From Pseudomonadota bacterium (lineage in GTDB: Bacteria; Pseudomonadota; Alphaproteobacteria; Rhodobacterales; Rhodobacteraceae): a stretch of DNA of 35,709 bases. The stretch lies in NCBI GenBank assembly GCA_039814845.1, contig JBCCAJ010000001.1, positions 1 to 35,709 on the forward strand. The letters run 5' to 3'. Of this stretch, positions 1-6,735 are shown piece after piece. The stretch's first letter is position 1. Every line of letters starts with the position of its first letter. The notes beneath the pieces were generated by a model. It saw nothing but the letters and a program-made list of their open reading frames with translations. It ran no database searches and had not been told where the DNA came from. Position numbers and translations under genes: made by a program.

Positions 1-1071
1 CACCGACTGCATGAAACGCGGCCAGCCCTTCCGGTGAAACTCGCTTTTGGGGCCACGCAGCACAAAGGCCAGATGCAAGATCTCGCGCCCCAAGTTGCGG
101 ACCACACCGGGGTTAGGCGCGTTTTCAGGCACGTTAGGCTCGAACGACGCATCCTGCGCCTGTGCCACGGCCCAGGCCGGATACTCCAACCCCTGACGGC
201 GCGCGAGCGCCAGCGACCCCCACATGCGCCCGTTGATTTCCATGAACCACGCCGTGCCATCCGCGTCGCGCAGCAGCTCCACCATGAAAGCCCCACGCCA
301 ATTCAACGCGTTGAGAAACGCCGTCACACGCGCACGCAAGTCCGCATCCGGCATCACGGCGCGACAGGCCGACGATCCCGATCCATGCGGGTTCATCATC
401 CGCACGCGGGTATGGCCGGACCAACCGACCACGCCGGTACGCGTGACAAAGCCAAAGACGCCTTCGCCCTGCCCCGCCACCAAAGGCTGCACCAGCAGCG
501 GCTCCATATCTGTCTCTAACGTGGCTTTTAGTGCTTGTTGCTGGGCGGTATCACGCAGGTAGGTCGCATCGCCCTTGCCCAGCGTGCCCCCCTCCACGCG
601 CACCGCGAGCGCCGGTTTTGCAATCACCGGCAGTGGCAATACCTGATCCAGATCGCCCGGCACGCGCACCACCACCGTTTCCGGCAGCGCCAGCCCGGCC
701 GCACGCGCAGCCTCGACCTGCACCGTCTTGTCCAAAGCGGCCGCCGCCTGCATCCCGGAGGCACCGGCGATGCGCGCCGGATCAATCCCCGCTTCCCCTG
801 TCAGCCACAGGCCCACATCATCCAAAGGCAGGACAAAATCAGGCGCATCCGCCCCCGTCATCAACCCGACCAAAGCGGCGGCACTGGCCTTGGCATCCGC
901 CTCCGGCCCCACGATCACATGGAGGCCCGCCAGTGGCAGCGCCCCCAGTGGCAGATCACGCGAACGCGCAAAGACCGACACCCGGTGCCCCGCACTCAGC
1001 AAGGAAAACACCACTTCGGGCGCAGGCAAAGCCTCGGCAAAGCCGATCAACACATGGCACGGCGTGCTCAC
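1..1071 (-). CDS. ATP-grasp domain protein (carboxylate-amine ligase-like), 3' end outside window
   Basis: Not in the ORF track because it runs off the window. Manual translation from GTG 1071 (GTGA overlap with the deacetylase stop) stays open for 357 codons: MSTPCHVLIGFAEALPAPE...ALDKTVQVEAARAAGLALPET...PVIAKP...LLVQPLVAGQGEG...FMVELLRDADGTAWFMEINGRMWGS. The DK, KP and 'EIN.R.WGS' motifs are typical of ATP-grasp proteins. Confidence 0.85.
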   Translation of the reverse strand, partial: MSTPCHVLIGFAEALPAPEVVFSLLSAGHRVSVFARSRDLPLGALPLAGLHVIVGPEADAKASAAALVGLMTGADAPDFVLPLDDVGLWLTGEAGIDPARIAGASGMQAAAALDKTVQVEAARAAGLALPETVVVRVPGDLDQVLPLPVIAKPALAVRVEGGTLGKGDATYLRDTAQQQALKATLETDMEPLLVQPLVAGQGEGVFGFVTRTGVVGWSGHTRVRMMNPHGSGSSACRAVMPDADLRARVTAFLNALNWRGAFMVELLRDADGTAWFMEINGRMWGSLALARRQGLEYPAWAVAQAQDASFEPNVPENAPNPGVVRNLGREILHLAFVLRGPKSEFHRKGWPRFMQSV

Positions 1072-1736
1072 AGGTGCCTCTTGATCATACCCACGACCCG
1101 GCGGCGCAGCGGTCTGAGCACAGGTTCGCGGCCCAGCATCACGTTTTCAATGTCTTCAATCGTCATATCAGAGCGCGGTGAGGTGCGCGGGATCGGCGCG
1201 CGATCGGAGCGCCATGCGCCGCCATCCGAGCTGTAGACATGGGTGTAGCCGCGCGATTTCAGCGCCCGCAGCACAGCGCCGTTATAGCGTCCAAAGGGGA
1301 TCGCCGCAGCGGTCACAGGCTGCCCCGTGACCCCGGCAATCGCGGTGCGGGCATGGTCAAATTCGCGCGTCTGACCGGCGGCATCCAGCGCCTTCCAATC
1401 CACATGAGATGCGCCATGGGTGCCGATGCTGTGACCGGCCTTCTGCAGCTCGTGCATGTCCGTGGCACTCAGCGATCCTGCCTCGCCGATCCGGTCTGAC
1501 AGCACAAAGAACTGCGCGTGCATCGCGTGCTCGGCCAAAAGCGGCGCAGCGAGGGTCAGGTCCGAGGCATTGCCGTCATCAAAGGTGATATGTGTCTCTA
1601 CCTTGCCCTTCAGGGACCTGGCCAAATCCAGCGTCTGGGCAAAAAGATCCGCAGGCACCCAATAGAGCGCCTCGCCCGGCTCCAGCGCACGGGTCGGCTG
1701 GCCCAGCCCGTGGAAATTCAGGATCACCCGCCGCAT
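1068..1736 (-). CDS. Polysaccharide deacetylase (NodB/CE4 family)
   Basis: ITFDDG, HGASH and AIPFG motifs; N-terminal LNFHG. Confidence 0.92.
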   Translation of the reverse strand: MRRVILNFHGLGQPTRALEPGEALYWVPADLFAQTLDLARSLKGKVETHITFDDGNASDLTLAAPLLAEHAMHAQFFVLSDRIGEAGSLSATDMHELQKAGHSIGTHGASHVDWKALDAAGQTREFDHARTAIAGVTGQPVTAAAIPFGRYNGAVLRALKSRGYTHVYSSDGGAWRSDRAPIPRTSPRSDMTIEDIENVMLGREPVLRPLRRRVVGMIKRHL

Positions 1737-1739
1737 GGG

Positions 1740-3194
1740 TCAGCGGTCACCGCGCCGGATGGCACGGCGCGGGGGGGTTGCCCGCGTGACAGGCTCGGGC
1801 GGCGGTGTGGGCCGGTCCCGGCTGTGCTGGGCAGGTTCGCGGGTATAGACCAGCGCACCGGGGTCAGACACCTCAGCGATATCCGGTCCGGCCTCCCCCG
1901 CCTCGGGTTGATTGCGCGCGCGCTCACCCGCCTCAATGATCCAGACGCCTGCACCGAAAAAGAACATCACAAAGGCCATCACCGCATGCCAGTAGTGCAC
2001 CGTGCCGCCCGTGATGATCATGCCGCCAATCGCAATCAGCCAGCCTGCACGACACGCGATGGCGCGCGGATCTGTCAACGGGGCCAGGGCCGCGCGGCGG
2101 ATGATGTAAAACAGCGCGACAGCCAGAAACAGGAACGACGGGATACCAAAGCGCATCGTATGCAACAACCAGAAGTTATCCGCGCTTGATGACATCCAAG
2201 AGGGGCGCGCCCATTGGTCAATATTCGCCCCCAGTCCGAACATCGGATTGGCCCAGACGTTTTCCATCCCGAACCGCCAGATCAGAATGCGGTTATAGGC
2301 ATTGCCTGAGTTGAAGCTGGCATAGGTTACCAGCACGTGAAACGGCGTGCGGTTGGACAACAGATCAATGGCCACATAGAGCATTGCGAACAAGATCGAG
2401 AAAATCAACCAGCGCCGGGGCACGCGCCGCATCACCCGGTCCCAGGCCATGAACACCCCTTGCACAACACCCGATATCAAAGCCCCGGTAGAGAGCGACA
2501 CAAAGGTCCCCACAGCGGCCAATACCGCCCCGCTGAACCGCGTCAGCGATGAACGCATCACATAGAACATCAACCCAAGGCCTGCACTGCAGAACAGCCC
2601 AAACAGGATCGGATGCGAGAACACGGTCTGCGCACGTCTGAGCCCCCAACGCGGCAATTGATGGTTGATGCTGGGGCCCATCGGGATCAGCTCAAGCATA
2701 ATGGCACGGTGGGTGATCGCTTCTACGACCCCAAAAGGCACAAGCACCAGCAAAGCAAGGAAAAACAGTTTGGCGAAATAGATGAAATCCGCTGCCGACC
2801 GGATTGCCACCCGCGCCAGCATATAGGCCCCGAAGGATTCAAGCATGTAGATGCCGACCTGCTCAATCAGCGATCCGCCCTCGGGCACCACCCCCACCGT
2901 CAACGCCAGCACCGCCCAAAGCGCGGAGGCCAGCATCAGAAAGTCAAAGATTTGCAGCCGCCCCGCCCTGCCCGACACCAGTAAAAAGAACATCGGCACA
3001 AAGGTCAGCAACAGCACGATCCGGTGCGGCATCAGCAACAAGGGCCCGACGCGGATCCAAACCGGCAGCACCATGCCCAACATGAACATCAGCAGCATGA
3101 GCCGCGCCATCTTGCTGGGCGCATCTGCCCCGGTGTTCAGGGCAGCCGCCGGCAACGCCCCAGGCGCGTCATACCGTATGTCTGTCGCTGTCAC
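1740..3194 (-). CDS. O-antigen ligase/Wzy-like polysaccharide polymerase
   Basis: Multiple TM helices, 'F.HPILFG', 'SLSTG', 'R..IW..G......NP.FGLG', 'S.DNFWL...R.G.P'. Start placed at GTG 3194 (AGGTGG upstream) rather than 3293. Confidence 0.8.
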   Translation of the reverse strand: MTATDIRYDAPGALPAAALNTGADAPSKMARLMLLMFMLGMVLPVWIRVGPLLLMPHRIVLLLTFVPMFFLLVSGRAGRLQIFDFLMLASALWAVLALTVGVVPEGGSLIEQVGIYMLESFGAYMLARVAIRSAADFIYFAKLFFLALLVLVPFGVVEAITHRAIMLELIPMGPSINHQLPRWGLRRAQTVFSHPILFGLFCSAGLGLMFYVMRSSLTRFSGAVLAAVGTFVSLSTGALISGVVQGVFMAWDRVMRRVPRRWLIFSILFAMLYVAIDLLSNRTPFHVLVTYASFNSGNAYNRILIWRFGMENVWANPMFGLGANIDQWARPSWMSSSADNFWLLHTMRFGIPSFLFLAVALFYIIRRAALAPLTDPRAIACRAGWLIAIGGMIITGGTVHYWHAVMAFVMFFFGAGVWIIEAGERARNQPEAGEAGPDIAEVSDPGALVYTREPAQHSRDRPTPPPEPVTRATPPRRAIRRGDR

Positions 3195-3345
3195 CGCGCC
3201 ACCTAGAACTAGAAGTCGTTTCAAGCCAAGTATAGCGCAAGAATACGTCTTTGCTATGACCCAAGCGTGAACGAATGCGCCGGTGTGACCCAATTTCCGG
3301 GCATCCGCCGGTCACCGGCGAAAACCCGCAAACGGGGATGCTGCA

Positions 3346-6306
3346 TTACTGGCTCAAGGACCCACCGCTCAGGCCAAAGGCGCCGCCACTGCCCAGATTG
3401 GCCAGACCCGTGGCCGTACCACGCACATAGACCAAGGGGGGTGTCCCGGTGACCAGCTGCCCATTGCTGCCCCAGTCGCGGAACGATCCATCCGCGGCAT
3501 AGAACCCCGAAAGATTGGCCGAGTCTTCAAGATCAAAGAAGGTCTCTCTGGGATCCAGATAGGCCCGCCCGAACCGCCCGATAAAGCGGTTGGCCTCTGT
3601 CAGGCTCGCATGCAGCCGGAAAGGGGAGCTGCCAAGTTGGATACTCTCCACCCGGGTCAGGTCGCGCACGTTCAGGAAATTGTCCAGCACACCGTTTTTC
3701 ACAAACTGGATGCGCCCGCTCCACATGTCATAAGAGACCACCAAACGGATGAGCCCATCCTCGGGTTTGAGCGTGAAATTGGGTAAGGTCCTCATAAAGG
3801 CCTCTCCCGTGGAATGCTTCATATAAAGCTGGATCGCACCGCCGCCAAATTTGCGCAAATAGAGCCTATTACTGGGGAAACTGAACAGATCCATGGTGGT
3901 GTCGTCATGGGCGGCATCGATCTCTCCCTCCCAGGCCATCAACACCGATTGCCAGGGGGCGGCAGCCGATCCAACCAGTTGCGAGGACCGCTCGAAATGC
4001 ACCGCGCCGTTCCAGATGGTCAGCGGGGCCACATCCGTCACACCGCCCACCGGCGCAGGCTTGTCATAGACCGCACCATGGATGCCATCGCCGGTATAAA
4101 GCCCGGTGCCCAAGGCACCCGCCTTGATCGGCGACAGGCTCGCGCCGGTGTCTCCCTTGGGGATATAGGCGCTGGCATAGTCATCGACCCCGATCCCCGC
4201 CAGCGCACCAAACCCATCGGTACCGACAAAGTAATCGTTCTCGCCCAGATCATCCGTGCCAAAGTTGATCTTGAGATTGCCATAGCCGTCCAGCGTGTCC
4301 AGTGTTCGCGGATAAAACCCAGACCCGTCTTGCGCGCCCAGCGTATATCCTGCCACCACGTTCTTCCACATGCGTACGTTCGAGCTGCCGGTGAAATAAA
4401 TCACCGGGGCTGAACCGCCCTGTGGATCAGGGTTGCCTGCAATCGTATTGTGGAACACCTCCACATATTGGCCCGGATCGGCACTCACACCTGACAGCTC
4501 CAGCGCCAGACCGCGCGTCACCAGCAGGTTGAACCCGATCTTGATGTTCACATAGCTGTCCGGTGCGCGTGGGTCATTCAGCTTCACGCCCGTCGCGCCA
4601 TAGGTCGGCAGTGGGCTGTGCCCGGCGGCGATCTCCAGATCATTGCGCACCTTGGCGGAGGATCCGAAAATGTTGCCGATGAAATTGACATTGGCCGTGG
4701 TGCGCGGATCGTCTGCGTTAAAGCCGAAAAGCCCCGAATGCGGCCCGTCATTGCTGCTGCCCACCTCGCCATCCGTCACCTCATCGGCGGCAAACACGCC
4801 CAGGCCACGGTTGTCGAACACGTTACAGCCGTCGCAATAGCCGATCGTGCCAAAGCCGGTATAGGTGTCCATGATGATGTTGCGCGACCAGCTGGAATAG
4901 ACCCCCTGATAGCTGTCGCTGGCGGTGATGATGACGCCTTTCTCAAGGTCGTGGATATAATTATCCTCCACCACGATATGCTCGCCCCGCGCGCCACTGC
5001 TGCTTGTTTGGGTCTTGATCCCCTGCAGCTGCAGCGATGTGTTCCAGTGATCGCGGTAATCATCATTGGCCACGATATCCGCCGTAGTGCGCGACCACAC
5101 ATTGTTCTGGCGCACCGTGACATGCCGACAGGGCAGCCGGATCTCGATCAGGGCGTTCTGCCGCACGCTCTCCATTGCATCCCCGTTGAGGTTCTGCATT
5201 TCCAAAGGCAGCAACCCGCCAGCGGTCATCTGGGTCTCAAAACCCTGAATAATCAGGTTCTCAGTGCCCTCTTCCGTGGTCAGTGCGGCAAGGGTTACCG
5301 TGCGCACAGACTGGCGCGGATCGCTGTGCTCCAACCAGTTGGCCGGCTCCAGCACGAAATCGTTCTGCCAGGCGCGTGCAGGCAGCCACAGCCGCCCCAA
5401 CCCGCGGCCATCCCCGTCCTGCACCATCAGACCACGCGCGCTGAGTGGCAGTGATGCATAGACCGCAATCAGCTCCTCGGGCCGGGCTGAGGCGTGATCG
5501 TCTTCGATCATCACATCAAGCGTCGCTCCCGTGTCAAAGACCAGCGGATAGATCCCCGCCAGCGCCCCCGCACCCGCGCCCGTGGGCACCAGACGCCCAC
5601 CAGTGATCTCCCAATGGCCGCCGGGATCGCCCGCGGTGATGCTGTTGCCTTGCACCGGCACCCCGCCCATGCCCGCAGGCGTCAGCGCGCCGAAGGGCAT
5701 CGCCCCCTCAATCGCTACGTCTTCCACCGTGATCTGGAATGCGGCCGAGGCGCTACCGCCTGAGTTGGCGGCCGTCACCACAACCACCTCACCTTCACGC
5801 GTCACATCTGTCGGTACGCTCACATCGCCCGTGTTAGGGTCGATACTGACCCCGCCACCGGTCACTGCAAAGCTCAGGTTCAGACCCGCAAAACCACCCG
5901 CTGCAGCCACCACCTGGGGCCCGGTCCCCAGATCAAAGATCTCATCAAAAAGCCCGGTACCCACTTGTGGCGGCACATCGCGAAACACCACATGCGGCGA
6001 GCTTTGATCGCCATGTCCCGGCGCACTGACCAAACAAAAGATCACGTCTTCCGGTGCCAGCGGCGCATCGGGGGTAAAGGTATCAGCCACCGCCCCTGCA
6101 ATCGCGCCATTGGCTTCGGTACACCATTGATAGGTCAGCCCCGCAGGCACATCAGTGCCCGAGGCCACGGCCCCAAGCGGGCTGCCCCGCTGGGCACAGG
6201 TGCCATAGGTGGGATTGTTGGTCAGACCTGTCAGGGAAATCGCGAAACCTGCCCCGGTTGCCGTCTGCGGTATCGTGCTAAGACTTAAGCGGTGCGCGAT
6301 GTCCAT
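3346..6306 (-). CDS. Putative GTA head-spike fibre: N-terminal docking peptide, two Ig-like domains, right-handed beta-helix, C-terminal ConA/LamG-like domain
   Basis: 986 aa, no signal peptide, 13 bp downstream of the spike-base gene. Ig-like motifs 'TYQW...GAIAGA..TFTP' and 'SIDPNTG...VTAANSGGSASAAFQITV'. Beta-helix rungs (VRQNNV, VEDNYIHD, NFIGNIF, VFHNTI, MWKNVV). The CDS is certain; the fibre role is inferred from position. Confidence 0.65.
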   Translation of the reverse strand: MDIAHRLSLSTIPQTATGAGFAISLTGLTNNPTYGTCAQRGSPLGAVASGTDVPAGLTYQWCTEANGAIAGAVADTFTPDAPLAPEDVIFCLVSAPGHGDQSSPHVVFRDVPPQVGTGLFDEIFDLGTGPQVVAAAGGFAGLNLSFAVTGGGVSIDPNTGDVSVPTDVTREGEVVVVTAANSGGSASAAFQITVEDVAIEGAMPFGALTPAGMGGVPVQGNSITAGDPGGHWEITGGRLVPTGAGAGALAGIYPLVFDTGATLDVMIEDDHASARPEELIAVYASLPLSARGLMVQDGDGRGLGRLWLPARAWQNDFVLEPANWLEHSDPRQSVRTVTLAALTTEEGTENLIIQGFETQMTAGGLLPLEMQNLNGDAMESVRQNALIEIRLPCRHVTVRQNNVWSRTTADIVANDDYRDHWNTSLQLQGIKTQTSSSGARGEHIVVEDNYIHDLEKGVIITASDSYQGVYSSWSRNIIMDTYTGFGTIGYCDGCNVFDNRGLGVFAADEVTDGEVGSSNDGPHSGLFGFNADDPRTTANVNFIGNIFGSSAKVRNDLEIAAGHSPLPTYGATGVKLNDPRAPDSYVNIKIGFNLLVTRGLALELSGVSADPGQYVEVFHNTIAGNPDPQGGSAPVIYFTGSSNVRMWKNVVAGYTLGAQDGSGFYPRTLDTLDGYGNLKINFGTDDLGENDYFVGTDGFGALAGIGVDDYASAYIPKGDTGASLSPIKAGALGTGLYTGDGIHGAVYDKPAPVGGVTDVAPLTIWNGAVHFERSSQLVGSAAAPWQSVLMAWEGEIDAAHDDTTMDLFSFPSNRLYLRKFGGGAIQLYMKHSTGEAFMRTLPNFTLKPEDGLIRLVVSYDMWSGRIQFVKNGVLDNFLNVRDLTRVESIQLGSSPFRLHASLTEANRFIGRFGRAYLDPRETFFDLEDSANLSGFYAADGSFRDWGSNGQLVTGTPPLVYVRGTATGLANLGSGGAFGLSGGSLSQ

Positions 6307-6319
6307 TTGTCTGTTCCCC

Positions 6320-6583
6320 TTACCGCAAGCCGACGATGTCAGCGGCTGTGGTGCCTGTCGCCAGCACCCGCATCACGCGCAGCGGATAGATGACACTGGC
6401 CTGCATATTGCGCAACACCACACTGTCGCCTGACTTCAGTTCGACGGCCACATCACCGCCTTGGCCTACGTAAAGGGCACGCGTCACGAAGGCCAGATCC
6501 TGCGTATCACTGGGGGTAATTGTTTCAGCCGCCGCCGCCGGAGCAGTCAGGGTCTCTGAATGGGTCGAAAAGTCATCCGTCAT
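6320..6583 (-). CDS. ghsA: GTA head-spike base protein, Rcc01079 (GhsA) family
   Basis: 87 aa from ATG 6583 (RBS AGGAGAG): MTDDFSTHSETLTAPA...ITPSDTQDL..VTRALYVGQGGDV...P.RV.RVLATGTTA..IVG. This matches the size and motifs (D.F, L..PA, ITPSD..DL, RAL.V..GG, RVLATGTTA) I recall for R. capsulatus Rcc01079. Confidence 0.88.
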   Translation of the reverse strand: MTDDFSTHSETLTAPAAAAETITPSDTQDLAFVTRALYVGQGGDVAVELKSGDSVVLRNMQASVIYPLRVMRVLATGTTAADIVGLR

Positions 6584-6683
6584 CTCAGTCTCTCCTCTGA
6601 GGGTTTGAGCCCCCACAAGGTCAGAGTATGATGGAAAGGTCCTTACGCAACCGCACCGTCACAGCCTCAAAGGCGCAACAGCA

Positions 6684-6715
6684 CGGCGGCTTAGAGCCTA
6701 AACCCTAAGCCGCCG
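6684..6715 (-). terminator. GC-rich hairpin, probable terminator after the glycanase gene
   Basis: Perfect 11-bp inverted repeat CGGCGGCTTAG / CTAAGCCGCCG with a 10-nt loop, 20 bp after the stop at 6736; weak U-tract. Confidence 0.55.
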
Positions 6716-6735
6716 CGTATTGTCAAAAGTGCATG

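Noticed and set aside
3278-3324. GC hairpin (CGCCGG-TCA-CCGGCG) after the fibre gene as an intrinsic terminator
   Set aside because: The U-tract is on the wrong side for the minus-strand transcript; function unsupported.
3346-6583. Prophage remnant interpretation of the spike genes
   Set aside because: No integrase, terminase, capsid, tail or att features nearby; both genes look intact with host-like composition.
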